Source: Lytechinus pictus
Taxonomy: Eukaryota
DNA: 64,000 nucleotides
Assembly: GCF_037042905.1 (NCBI RefSeq)
Contig: NC_087250.1
Location: forward strand, 28,398,001 to 28,462,000
Direction of reading: 5' to 3'
The notes under the pieces are model-generated. The model was not told the DNA's origin, did no database searches, and saw only the letters and a program-made list of their open reading frames with translations. Shown here piece by piece: positions 1 through 12,550 of this stretch (positions within the stretch are counted from its first letter, which is position 1; each line of letters begins with the position of its first letter). The translations under genes were made by a program, and so were the position numbers.

Positions 1-3000
1 ATACTATCTGCCTCTGAACCAATCCAAACTTCAGAATACACTTCACCGTTTCATAATTTTATTTTCCCATCGATGCATTAAGGAATAACATATCCATTCA
101 GCCTTACTTGATTGGATTTGTTTGCTGTTGCAAAGTCTCCTGCACAGAGCTTTAGTATGTAATCGGACTGAGAATTTATCCATTGTAATTCAGAAACAAA
201 AGTATTTGATATACCACATAAAATACACCATGACAACCATGCTCAATTAACTGCAAATGTGTGAAATACCAATGCACATTTTAGGTTAATAGTCAAATAG
301 TATTTTGCCTAACAGATACAAACACCAAACCTCAATATTATAGGAAAGTAGGTGGCAACACGAATGTATTGAAAAAAATATATGAGAAAAACTAAAGAGC
401 ATAAATTTCAAGATTAGACTTCAAGATTAATTAATGTTGTTATTAGATTTTTCTAAAATTATTTCTGACATCAATTGTATCAAACACCAACCCCTACATA
501 TTACTCAGAAAAATAAGCTTCTTTAACAATTGTAAAGATGTTTAAACATCCTTCGTAGGTTACTTGAAAGGTAGACTAAAGGATAGATCTTATATACCCA
601 TTTGATGCGTCATCTCAAATGTCATGATAATGATAGCATAACAAATGTTGCAACACAATCATGCTTATAGTTACAAATTTGAATTGTAACGATTCCTATT
701 CAGGATTCGTTCCTACAACACTACAAAGTTATATGCCCTGATTTATGTTATTTGCATAGCAAATGTTAATAGAATGATTGATTAGTGGAAGGAGCAAAAA
801 AAAAATTCAAGGAAAGTAGAAAAATACAAGGTAACCAATATACTTACTGTGACAACTTTCATGACTAATCTGGAATAGTATATAATAAATAAGAAGTAAT
901 GAAGAAGCGAAGCAAAACTCTCTCATACGTTTATGAGATCTAGTACTTTATCACAAAGATGAAGAGATTATAACACAAAAATAATGTCTATGATTGGAAT
1001 ACCTGAACTGAAATGAATAAAATAAAACATTGACGTTGATACCTTGATATGAATGACAGTCGTAATTAATACTCTATATTTTCTTGATAAATTTAATATT
1101 CTGTTTTCTGATTGATATGTTTACGTAAATAGATTACAATTTTACATGATTTTTGAGAGAAAGAGGAAAAATTGGAGAAGAAAAAAAATCCATTATTGCT
1201 TGGTCTTTTGGCGACCTTTCGGCCGCGTAGTTCCCGCCAGTTTCAATATTTGGCTAGAATATTTGTTTTAAGTGTGGGGCTTTTAGTCAAGAAGAACTCA
1301 ACGCCGCAAGCCACTGTCCTTTCTAACCAAAAAAGGAGAATGCATAAACCCTCGTGGTATTTGTAATTCCGTGTTCTTATTTCGATACATTAAGGTAATG
1401 GGTTCGGAGGTAGATATGTGCATTTTATGTAAATTATAGCTTCTGATAGAAGCACTTAAATTGCTCGCTGAATACACATTATGATTTGGATTAGCGGTGT
1501 TGTGCTGGGAAGCATTTTTTTACAGCTTTGCTGAAGAAATAAATGTCATATCAATTTCATATGTCTGCTGTGATTATCTTTAGTGCATGTTGAGTAATGG
1601 TGGTTGCAAATGGCGATCTTTTAACTTTTACCTGAATTTTAGTCGAGTAAGTCTTGATCATATTTTGAAGGGGGTTTTATATGGGTATATTTGATTGATA
1701 TTTAACCATTAAAGTGTTGAGCATGTAAACACATGTGATTATTTCCAATGACTACTTTTCATTCAAACCATTTCGTTATCGAACGACGAGTAGCATTATG
1801 ATTTTACACATAATTTCAACCATTTTATGTGTCAGTATATGGCACACCAAACATAATTTATTTTTTACTTAACACTTTCAATTTCAAATAAAAAATGAAA
1901 TTAATTTTGTTTTTACATTTTTCTCTTCTCTCTTTCTCCCGTCTTTACTCTCATTCTCTCGCGGTCCCTCCCCTTTTCTCTGTGCCCCTCTCTCTTTCTC
2001 TCTCTCTCACTCTGCATTATACTTTTTTATGAACTTTCTTAAACCGGAATGAATCTGTGACGGACGTGGTCGCTTCTCATTCTTTATTTGGCCTAAACCA
2101 GGTAAGTTGTCATCAATGTTTCCTATTGGTTAATAATTTCACGTGAGTTCAATCAATGTTTCCTATTGGTTAGTACGAAGTTACGTGATACTTGAATATT
2201 CAAATTAAGCTACAATCAATGTTTGATAAAATAATGCTATTTATGAAATTAACGTGATATCTGAATATTTGCGGCGATGTAAAACGAAGTTTGCTTTGAA
2301 TTTCTACCTTGCAGTAATGTGTCTAAAGAGGGGCGGGGGGGGGGGGCATGTGCGCATTTCTTTAACCTGTCTAGAATCATATTTCTCACCCTTATCCTGA
2401 AAAAAATAAAATAGGAAAAGGATGCATTTATGCAATATAAAGAGTATTCATTCCTAAGTTTTCAACGGTGCTCGCTCAACCATGAAAGTGTAAAAAGCTC
2501 GGAAAGTGTGTGGTCATAAAATGATGAATGATAAAACAACAGCAAATAAGTCACATTTGAAACGGAATTTGCCGCCATATTTCATTTCATAACCCTTCAA
2601 AATGAATCTGTGATGTTAAAAATGCTTTCCCCTTTTGGCGCGTGCTCACTCATTCATAACTAAACAAATCGAATTCATATTTGCACAGAATTCTGCCCAT
2701 AGGTTGATGAACATTTACTGCCAAATTACATTGCTAAAGACAGTTTTGAAAAAAAAATCCACCGTTTTGAATGAGGGGTTACTTATTCTTAAACTTATGC
2801 ACCCAAAGTATACATAATATCTGTGAGAGAGAAAGTAAACATGTTAACAAAAGTTTGTGACGGATATCCATAGTAAGCAATTGCATTTTTCGAATAACGT
2901 GAAAGAAAGCGATTTATTAATTTTTTGTTGTGTACAGATTATGTTTTCAGACCATGACTTCATCGCAAGCGCCCTGTTTTAGAAAAGGTTATTTTTATGG

Positions 3001-3022
3001 TAACGTTGCCCTTCAATATTAA

Positions 3023-3875
3023 AGGTAAAAGAGAGTAGTTGCAGAAAACAGGTATTTCATAAAAAAGTCACTTAAATCAAGGTTTCAATTCAATTCAATT
3101 CGGTTTATCATGTATATAACAGAATACGATGCTGTATTCCGAAGACTAATTGTGCGATGTTTACATTGAATATTATTTACATTATTTTGAAGATTGTATA
3201 TCCACTTAAAAAATTATTCACATTTAAATGAGAAACAGTTGGTTGATTGAGTTATGCATAAGTGAGATTTCACTAGCATGGGATTCTGATAATTGTGTAT
3301 TAATTGGGGAAAAAAACCTGTTTTAAACTTAAAATTATACAACAAAAAGGTCAGAAATATAATTCAAATTTGATTTTCATTATGAAGTTATGAAATAGAG
3401 ATTTAGAATCAAGTTATTGCAACATAATTAATCATAGTTATAGAACAATTGAATAAAAAACACAACCTTTGAGATATGAAATCCATTAAGAATGGAACAA
3501 AGATTACTTTGAGATGTGGGATTGAAGCTGATAAAATAATTCATAATAATTTAAAGAAAATCAAAATTAACAATTAATGAGAACAAATACATGCATATAA
3601 ATTAAAAATCATTCACATAGCTAAACATTTACAACTGAGAATTTAACAGTTTGACAGTTTGACAAGGTTAATAGGTTAAAAGTCAAAATATTATCATACA
3701 TCTAGATCTGGTACATTAATGGAAACTTATCTTTGTAAAATCATGAAATTTCAGCTCAAAATCGATAGTTCTAATGATCCCTATCACAGAAAAGTACATG
3801 TGGGACTGGTGGATTCTATTCATTGGATTCCATTCGTACTAATTTTGAGATCGTTACCACTAATTGTATTTATCG
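3023..3875. mobile_element. Kolobok-like non-autonomous element, internally deleted and interrupted by an insertion at about 3085-3675
   Basis: Begins ttaa|AGG. Segments 3023-3084 and 3676-3875 match the reverse complement of the element at 56862-57269 (e.g. tctagatctggtaca, gatcgttacca). Confidence 0.65.
3085..3675 (-). mobile_element. Probable non-LTR retroelement 3' end inserted in the Kolobok-like element
   Basis: Starts with (ttcaa)n followed by tttat, the reverse of a polyA-like signal plus (ttgaa)n tail. caaggtt occurs near both junctions. Confidence 0.4.
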
Positions 3876-4445
3876 TTAACTAATATGGTAATAGGTTGTA
3901 TCAGCCAATCAAAATCAAGCATGTTCATGTGATTTGTAATATAGTAATAACATACTACAATACCCTTTTACATAACGGACCCATACTTTTTACTGTTCTT
4001 CTGCTTAACCCGATTTGACCTTCAACAGGTAAGTTTCTGTACAAAGCATATGAGAATGTCAGAAATCAGTGTTTTAGGGGTTAACTTTCAATCTCTATCC
4101 CACTAGATTCACGTGATACAGGTGTATGGCTTAAACTATAGTCAAGACCACGTACAGGTGAAGTGAACGTGTGTTAAGCAATGTGTTCCAACAGTCAACA
4201 CCATTAGATGTGTTTACACATTACCTATGCGCAAGCAACGTGTATCAATGCTAGGCTCTTAGTGAACGTGACGAGGGTTTTTATATCGTGGTATTAAAGG
4301 GGATACGACTGGGGTAAGGTTGGGTTCCAGGGAGGGGGTTCACCGGTTTGTTCTGGAGTGTTAGGGTTTTAGTAGGGGTACGGCTGAGGTTGGGTGGATA
4401 TACCAGGGCCGGGGTAGAGGAGTATACGGATGCTTAGCAGTCCTG

Positions 4446-4583
4446 GGGGGCGTTTCATGAAAGGACTTGTCGGACGTTTTATCCGACAGTTACCATAATA
4501 ACAGTACCTCTCAGCCAATCAACATCAGATAAAGATGTCAGATCTGACAACTTGTCGGATGAAAATGTTGATGAAACACTCCC
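4446..4583. mobile_element. Harbinger/PIF-like MITE
   Basis: TIRs GGGGGCGTTTCAT / ATGAAACACTCCC, flanked by ctg on both sides (CWG-type TSD). Confidence 0.75.
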
Positions 4584-4586
4584 CTG

Positions 4587-4768
4587 GTGTTGTTTAACAA
4601 ATATGACAAATATTTAAGTATGACTTAAGTCGCACTTAAATGCCGACGCGTACATGATATGCAACGCGCGACTTATTGATAGATATGCAGTAGTGCACGT
4701 CCTCATGACACGATCTGACCAATGTGGTCAAGCCTTTCATACCTTTCATAATCTTTGTGAAACACCCC
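4587..4768. mobile_element. Harbinger-like MITE, partly deleted, inverted relative to the next copy
   Basis: Interior is the reverse complement of 4840-4988; ends TTTGTGAAACACCCC. Confidence 0.7.
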
Positions 4769-4770
4769 TC

Positions 4771-4988
4771 GGGGGTGTTTCACAAAGATTTAAGTATGAC
4801 TATGACTTAGAGTCGCACTACAATTCAGAGTTGCTTATGGTATGAAAGGCTTGACAGCATTGGTCAGATCGTGTCATGAGGACGCGCACTACTGCGTATC
4901 TATCAATAAGATCGCGTGTTGCATAATCATGTACGCGTCGGCATTTAAGTGCGACTTAAGTCATACTTAAATCTTTGTGAATTACCCC
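4771..4988. mobile_element. Harbinger-like MITE
   Basis: TIRs GGGGGTGTTTCACAAAGATTTAAGTATGACT / AGTCATACTTAAATCTTTGTGAATTACCCC, followed by ctg. Confidence 0.8.
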
Positions 4989-5506
4989 CTGGTATCTTTT
5001 GTATTGTAAGGGTTTATGAGAAATTGGTGTGTATACAGGACTGGAAGGGGGGGGGGGGTCAGAACGGAGCTAAACTGGTATGCTAAGGGTGATTACCGGG
5101 TATAATTTCTATTACTGCGCAAAGGGATTAACGTTATGATACTAAGGGGGTAAATAAGGGGGTGAATAACAGTGCATGGAGGGGGTACAAGATGGTTTGC
5201 TGAGGGAAGTTAGCACGTGCATGATGTCGTTTGGAGTGATAATTGTTTTAACTTCGCGATTTTAATGGGCAAATTTGTGAATACCAGTGCGAGGGGTTAC
5301 ACGGTGATCTGTTAAGAGAGGGTGGTTGGTAGGCCCTAAATGCAATCATAGTATCTCTTGGAGTTTCACTGTGTTTGAATATAAAGGAGCACAGCTGGGG
5401 TTGGGCGAGAAGATCAGGTACGGGATCTGCTAGGAGGAGGTTTAATGGTAGGTAATAAGATAATGACAACATATTGCTTTTGGTGGACTTTACCATTAAT
5501 TAATTA

Positions 5507-5703
5507 CACTGTTAAATAATTATGTATCCAACCAAGTTAGGGCAGTATGCGGGAAGTGTATTGTCCTGTAAGGTTATAAATAAGCAGCAATTACTTTAGA
5601 ATAGGCAAAATTGTCATCACACTGGATAAAAAAGAAATGCCCAATGTTGGCCGGACACACATTAATCCTCATGGAGCTTTAATACCCAATATTCTTTAAA
5701 GTG
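5507..5703. mobile_element. CACTA/EnSpm-like MITE
   Basis: ta|CACTG...AGTG|ta termini. Homologous to 33423-33656. Confidence 0.55.
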
Positions 5704-5820
5704 TAAGCGATCCCGAAAAAAAAAAAGTGGATTAAATTTTCACGCACTAAAGAAATCTAATTAAAACAAGTTAATAATGCTGCAGTAATAAGTCAGCTTC
5801 CAGTATTTAAGCAGGCTTAT

Positions 5821-6170
5821 CAGGGGCGGATCCAGCTTTCGTCAATAGGGGAGGCCGACAAATTTTTAACGCATATTTTCCCCGATTGGCCGCTCAAATT
5901 TGATTGTTATTTGTGAAGGGGTAGTCCTAACAGTCACTTATTAGCTTTATTCTCACAAAACATAAATAAATAATGTCATATAAGCGCTAATTAGATAGTA
6001 CGAGCGCGAGCTAATTTTTTACGGAAATATCATGTATTTTGTCCTTAAAAATTTAACCTGCTGAGCAATGATTGTGATCGTGAACGAATTGCTAGCAGAA
6101 ATTTTTAATATACGTTCTGGCCTGAAGGAAAACAGACCGTAAGAACAGTTTGCAGTTACTCATAAAAACA
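5821..6170. mobile_element. hAT-like non-autonomous element, one end only
   Basis: CAGGGGCGGATCCAG terminus shared with the elements at 22010 and 59370; internal cgagcgcgagc motif. Right boundary approximate. Confidence 0.5.
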
Positions 6171-6177
6171 ATAAATA

Positions 6178-7092
6178 CACTACTCAAAAAAAGTTAAGGA
6201 CCACTTTTTAAAACGTACATACAGATTTTATACAAGGTGTTTTATTTCTGGAAATACCTCAGTACAACTGTCCTAAATGTCCTTAAACACGCTGTAATCA
6301 ATTTCACGCATGGGTGGTTTCAGTTGTTGCACAATGTCTCTCGCATCACTGCACATCCTGAAAAGTGGGCCCCGAGGGGTATCAGCTACCGACATGAAGT
6401 GGTAAAAACGAATGTCTGAGTGTCTTTCAGGCAGTTCAGTAACGAGTGTGACCACCTCCTGCAGCAATAACGGCTTCACAGCGCTGTCTCATGGAGCTGA
6501 TGAGGCGATTGATGTCTCTGACGTCCAGTGCATCCCATGCAGCCTCCAGAGCCACACCCAGCTGCTGCAGTCCAAGTGGATGGGCTTCGAGCTGCTCGAG
6601 ACTCCTCCCCATCATGTCCCAGACGTGCTCTATCGGGTTTAAGTCCGGGGACCTCGCTGGCCACTCCATACGCTCAATCCCCTGGCCCTCAAGGAACTCG
6701 GTCACCACCCTAGCTCGGTGGGCACGGGCATTGTCATCCATGAAAATGATGTTTTGTCCCACATTTTCTGCAAATGGCACCACTATAGGTTCAAGGACCT
6801 CATCCCTGTACCTCACTCCTGTCATTGCTCCCCCTGGGACCACGTAGAGACGAGTACGGTTGGCGTAGGTGATGCCTCCCCACACCATGACGCTGCCTCC
6901 CCCATAACGGTCATGTTCTGCAATACAGGGGTCTGCAAATCTCTCTCCTGGTCGCCTCCAGACTCTCGAACGTCCATCATTGTGGTCAAGGGAAAATCTG
7001 CTCTCATCTGTGAACAGAACTCTACGCCATTGCTGTCTGGTCCATCTGACATGCTCCCGGGCCCAGTTGAGACGAATTCTTCTGTGAGCAGA
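6178..7092 (-). mobile_element. Tc1 (IS630-Tc1-mariner) DNA transposon, 5'-truncated
   Basis: ta|CACTACTCAAAAAAAGTTAAGG terminus at 6178, GC-rich interior and transposase ORF. No second TIR found. Confidence 0.92.
6436..7089 (-). pseudogene. Tc1-family DD34E transposase catalytic domain; N-terminal HTH region missing
   Basis: The frame stays open 67 codons upstream of the track ORF: AHRRIRLNWAREHVRWTRQQWRRVLFTDESRF...GGGSVMVWGGI...FMDDNARAH...WPARSPDLNPIEHVW...GGHTRY*. There are 34 residues between the second D and the E. Confidence 0.93.
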
Positions 7093-7549
7093 CTAGATAT
7101 TCAAGACTAGATCATAATAGACGTAAGCTGGTTGTGCGTACATAGTTGTTCAAATATTTAATTTATCCGTTTCCTTGCCAGGAAAGCAATACTCAAAGTA
7201 TCAGGTTTTAATTTACAGCCATATAGCGTAGATATCGAGTTTCATTCTCTAGAGGGGCGATATGCCTAGAGCGGGATAGCATGCCTAAAGGTAGTGTGGA
7301 TGGAGTCGTTGAATTAAAAGAATGTGTTATGTAGAGAGAGAGAGGATGGTGTTTCAAAGTGCCAGTCCATTATGTGAGCAAATATTTGGTTTAATCAAGT
7401 TTCAATATAATTTATCAGACTCCTCGTATCACTTCGTCTTTCAACCAGTGCTCTATCCTTATAATATGACTCTCACTCTGATCCCACCCCCCCTCTCTTT
7501 CTCTCTCTGATTCTTATACTGCTCTTCCTATCTCTGACTTTCTCTCTAA

Positions 7550-7932
7550 AGCGCGCACACTATGCGATTCGTTGCCAATTTCAAAGAAACTTGTACATTT
7601 GAGATGAAAATTATAAAGTTTTAGCGATCAGAGTTCTGAATAATGGTTAGAACTACTGAAATTCAGTCTAGTTCGAGCCTCCCAGTAGGAATAAAAGCAA
7701 AGTCAATTTCAAATCGAAATGACGTCATCATCGGCTGCGACTTGAAGTAGATTTGGACTTTACTCCGATCACAGGGCTTTCCGCAAAGCAAAATTATGAT
7801 TTTATTTTCCCTAACATAATGCCGACAAATAGAATAATTTTACATCTTTGAACCCTCACATTTAATGCAAAATGCGATTTATCTATAAAATAAAAATCGC
7901 GTCGTATCGGATCGCATAGTGTGCGTTTGGCT
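7550..7932. mobile_element. Harbinger-like MITE
   Basis: TIRs CGCACACTATGCGAT / ATCGCATAGTGTGCG with taa/tta flanks. Confidence 0.65.
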
Positions 7933-9766
7933 TTACACCCCCCTCCCCCCCCCCCCCGCTCCCACCGTTAAGCGCGCGCACAGTCACCCCTAGATTTCTC
8001 TCCCCTTCTCTTACTTTATAACACTAACTTACACTACATTTCCCATTTCCATTGTCAGTTGTGACCCGCCAAGCTGCTTTTTAAAGATTTATTTGAATTT
8101 CTTACTTTTCTTTTCTTTGATTATTCACCCCTCTCCCTAGTTTCCCCCTCTCTCACCCTCCATATGCCCCATCTCTCTTTCCTATGCATATGGCATGTAA
8201 ATATTTAGTGTAGTATATCAGATGAGAGGAGTGATTGAGCTGATTGTAAGTATACTTCCATGAAATAAACATGTAATCTAATACTGTAGTTTACTGAAAT
8301 TCAATACAATCAGGCTCAATTTAATATTTTTTTATATTTCATTTTCGTTGAAATATAGTACAGAACAATGTAAATCAGATACAAACTAAAATATTAATAT
8401 TGTACAGAAAATCAAAATCATTCTGAAATAGAGCATATGAAATTAAGTAGATGGTTCGGAGGGCCTATCTTATAAAATATAACCGTCAATCAAAGTTTGC
8501 CAACCCCGAAAATATCACTCAAAAATGTAATTACTAATAAAAATCAATTCTAACATTTTCATTCAGCTATAAAAATCAGCTCCTAAGCTTAAAAATATAA
8601 ATATGATCAGCAATAACAGACACATGATCTTGATTTAAATGATGAGGAATTTCAATGGGAGCTTCGAAGAATATGGAAATGAGGTTGATGTTTGCATTTA
8701 TTTAAACACGACATGTGCATTACAGGCTTCGTTTAACTTCTAACAATCTAGAAAATTAAATTTAAAAAAGAGCCCTTTATTTCGATTTTTTTTCACAAAA
8801 TTAAAGAAAAAAAGAAAAAAAACCAAATCGTTCATTTTTTCTCCTAATTTTGATTGTTGGTTACCTATTTAGTATTACTTGGGAATTTCTTGTTGGTCTT
8901 TAAGATAGAGATTCACAAATGCATTGAAATATAGGTTCTCAAACCACAGATGACGGACAAAATCGCGGACAGGAAACGAAAAATGGTCAAAAGGAAAAAC
9001 AATCTAAATCTACTCATACCAATACGAAATCATAAGAGAAAAGGGTTTAATTAAATGTCATCCTTAAGGCTGCGATGCTTCAACCTATATATCTGTAGTT
9101 TAAGCTGGCATATTGAGGAATAACCCCCGGGCGATATACCATTCTATTACACGATATGCGAGGAAATAGAACTAGAACAGAGGTTAAAGATTAATCATTG
9201 TTTTATATTAGAAGTTATATCGATTTAGACTTAGCTTGATCGATTTGCATGAGACGATGGGTCTCGCGTTAACTTTATAACAAACTTTCACAAGATGAAC
9301 TATTTTGGAAGCTTAGGCAGAAATAATTACTGAGTAAAGCTTGTTTGTTTATGCTGGAAAAATCAAATGTATGCGCTTGAAAAATCATTCGTTAAAATAG
9401 TTAGTGTCCAAATGAAGCGAGCAGAATCCATCGTAATTATGTTTGCATTTGAACCCATAAACTATTGAATTACGTTATTCCCATAGACTTTAGGGTCCTT
9501 GGAACGAGTTTTAGTAAGGGATGCTGGTTTGGAAGTACAATTTAACTAGAGTAGAAAAAAGTTTTCACACCAGAATGAAGGTGATTTCGTCAAGGAAGAC
9601 TTGACAAGAAATATTAAAAAGGAGTTCTTAAAGCAAAATAATGGTTAGCCTAACATTTTGGTTTAGTTTACTTAGAAGTGAATGACGAAGTCATACTTGA
9701 TTATATTGTTTATTCATTTTGTTTATTGATAGGCACAGTTTGTATTTCCCCCCTCTCATAGGCCTA

Positions 9767-9991
9767 CACTGCAAAAACTCTGGTGTTGATTTAAAACCAG
9801 CCCGGAATCTATATTTGTCCACACCAGTTTCGTTTTGGTCTAACACCAGAAAGGTGTTTATACAACACCAATTACTATTAAAACAGCATCGGTTTGATTC
9901 CGAACTGGTGTAGTTTCAATACTTCTCTGGTGTAGACATATATAGATACCGGGCTGGTGTTAAATCAACACCGGATTTTTTTTTTGCATTG
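9767..9991. mobile_element. CACTA/EnSpm-like MITE
   Basis: ta|CACTGCAAAAA...TTTTTGCATTG|ta with internal inverted acaccag/ctggtgt repeats. Same family as 41667-41860. Confidence 0.75.
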
Positions 9992-10699
9992 TACTAAAAA
10001 AAAGCGGAAGGGGTTTCGAAAGTCAGATTTGTCATCATGTATTTTCCTCTTTTTTTTGCCAGTCGACAACATTCCCGGACTTTTTTTTCGAAAGTTAATT
10101 TTGTACAATAAGTGTAGGAGGCGTTTTACCGATTCAGAAATTAAATATATACATTTACACATAAAAAAATAAATAGCAGTTTGATATACATGTATGATTA
10201 AGCAAAACATGTTCGTTTGTGATATTAACTTTAGATTTAATTATTTCAAGACATGATAACGTGAAGGAATCCAAAGAGAAAGGAAAGAACGAAAGAAAGA
10301 AAGAAAGAAAGAAAGAGGGAAAGAGAGAATGAAAGAAAAAAAGATAAAAAAGAGAGAACCACCCCGTTATACTAGAGAGTTATTTGAAAAGATACGGAAA
10401 TGATAAATGTAACTAAGAAAACATATTATGAGTCAGAAATGTTCAATATTTCATATGATTTTCCTAAAGGTATGTAAATAAGTATTTCCTTGTATACAAT
10501 TTTTTTCTAATCCATCACTCTCTCTCTCTCCCTCGCCCTCTGTAAATATTTATTGATATTTATATTCCTCTCTCTCTCTCTCTCGTTCACTTGAAGTATT
10601 CTTTAATTTAAGGTTTCTCACTTTCTCTCCCTCTTCGTCTCACCATCACGTATATCTATGTATTCATCAATTAATTTTCTGTATCCCTATCTCTTCCAT

Positions 10700-10895
10700 T
10701 CTTCCTTTCTTTCTTTTTTTATTTCTCTATTTCTTTCTTTATTTCTTTCTTTTTTCTTTCTCTCTTTTTTTTTTCTTTCTTTCTTTCTTTATTTCTTTCT
10801 TTCTTTCTCTATTTCTTTCTTTCTTTCTTTCTTTCTTTTTTCTTTCTTTTTTATTTATTTATTTCTTTTTTCTTTCTTGTTTCTTTCTTTCTTTC
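10700..10895 (+). repeat. (TTTC)n-type polypyrimidine microsatellite
   Basis: Degenerate tttc tandem repeat. Confidence 0.9.
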
Positions 10896-12288
10896 CAATT
10901 CTGTGTTAGTTTTGGTGAGGGTGTGTGAGTGCGCGGTAAGTAGTTTGCCAATTTGCTATTTTACAACCGATCCCTCTTCTATTTCATCTCCTCTACTCTC
11001 ACTCTTCTCTCAACCTTACATGTAACCTACTTTATAATCCACTCGACCGAGTTATGTTCATTTACGTCGAACACGAGTTGGTTTAGCGCTTTCTTTGTAA
11101 TGCCCGACTTATATCCCTTCAAATAACTTGACGACCTTCATAAAAACAATTCTTATCAGATTTTTCTTCAGTTTATGCGATGATATAGTCCCGAACCCAA
11201 TTCATACTAATGAAACTTCAAACAACATTACAATAAACCGCCAAGCTTCATAATTTAACATGGATTTCTCTTAAAAAAAACAACAGACGATACATGTATG
11301 CTTTCCATTTTTTTTGATGTAGAAACGAATAATAAATGAAGTGAGTAATACAATACTCCATTTAGCAATGGTTTCTGAAAAAAGGTATTACAATATAAAT
11401 AGGAAGAAGAAATCATGATGCATAGACATATGGAGAAAGAGGGTAACGAGGGAGAGAGGAAAAGACAGAGAGAGAAAAAAAGAGATGGCGGGTGGGGGGG
11501 GGGGGGTTCAACCTCAAATCTGACATGCAAATATGGTTTCAATCAAAATAAAATTTGGTCGAAATTCAAGATTGAAGAAAAGAATAACATAGGTAAGCTT
11601 GCCTTACATTGGCAAGCTATTCAAACCTGAAATATAAACAAAACTAAAACTACGAGGTAAGGGATGTGGAAATATAGGCTAATACATTTGGTGACGGAGG
11701 AAAACGGTTTTAATCAACTTTAAGTGAAGCAGGAGTTACCATTCATAGCAAGCCCCGAGGGGAAATACATTTATGGTTATTAACAAACATGTTCGGTCAC
11801 AACAGAAATGTCGATACATCGGACTACAACAAACTATTCCCAGTTCGACGTACAAAGATTGATGTTGGTTGGAGTTTTTGATGAATTACTTTGCTTTACT
11901 GTTATCCCCTCCCAAGGGAAATCACATTTAGTTGAGCTCGGCTCAGCCACTATGCAAAGACAGGAGATTGCACTGATCGAGGAAACAGATTATTCCAAAT
12001 ATTTGCTTTTCATTTGACTAAGATGTCCAGTGAGATGAATCTGTAAGCTCGTTGAAGAAACAATTCTGTGGATCAAGTGTTTTCGAGCGCTTTCTCGGAC
12101 CAGGCATGAAATCTTTGTAAACACAAAGAGATCTTATCAGAGATAGGAACTCAGATGGGAAGATATCAGCCAAGTTTGTCTTAAAAAAGCATGAGAATGA
12201 TTTAAAGAGTGAATATTACACAGTTTAATGATAATCGTATCAGACTATGCTGATAGCGTGATAAAATTAATTTGTTATTTGACTATAT

Positions 12289-12550
12289 AATAATAATAAA
12301 TAATATAGGGTATTTATATTACGCACATATCCACCTTGTTAGGTGCTCAAGGCGCTCCTATATTACCCGGCTAAGCTAGGCGTTCACAGCGCACACAGCT
12401 TCTTGAGGAATTACTTCCTACCGGTACCCATTTACCTCACCTGGGTTGAGTGCAGCACATTGTGGATCAGTTTCTTGCTGAAGGAAATTACGCCATGGCT
12501 GGGATTCGAACCCACGACCCTCTGTTTCAAAGTCCGGAGACTAATCCACT
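12289..12550 (-). mobile_element. tRNA-derived SINE, family A
   Basis: Minus strand: tRNA-like head with B box GGTTCGAATCCC, central ACCCAGGTGAGGTAAATGGGTACCGG, (tta)n tail. Related copies at 43514, 49575 and 62637. Confidence 0.85.

Noticed and set aside
108..167. 60-nt in-frame candidate exon on the - strand (SDYILKLCAGDFATANKSNQ)
   Set aside because: Weak acceptor, no recognisable homology and no partner exons.
6237..7110. Extra ORFs overlapping the transposase
   Set aside because: Shadow frames of GC-rich transposase sequence.
9400..9650. Protein-like fragments on the + strand (e.g. ERVLVRDAGLEVQFN)
   Set aside because: Needs frameshifts and has no diagnostic motif; a decayed retroelement is possible but unsupported.
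12490..12550. tRNA gene (also near 43740-43808, 49600 and 56085-56156)
   Set aside because: Each tRNA-like segment is joined to a SINE body and tail; these are SINE heads.
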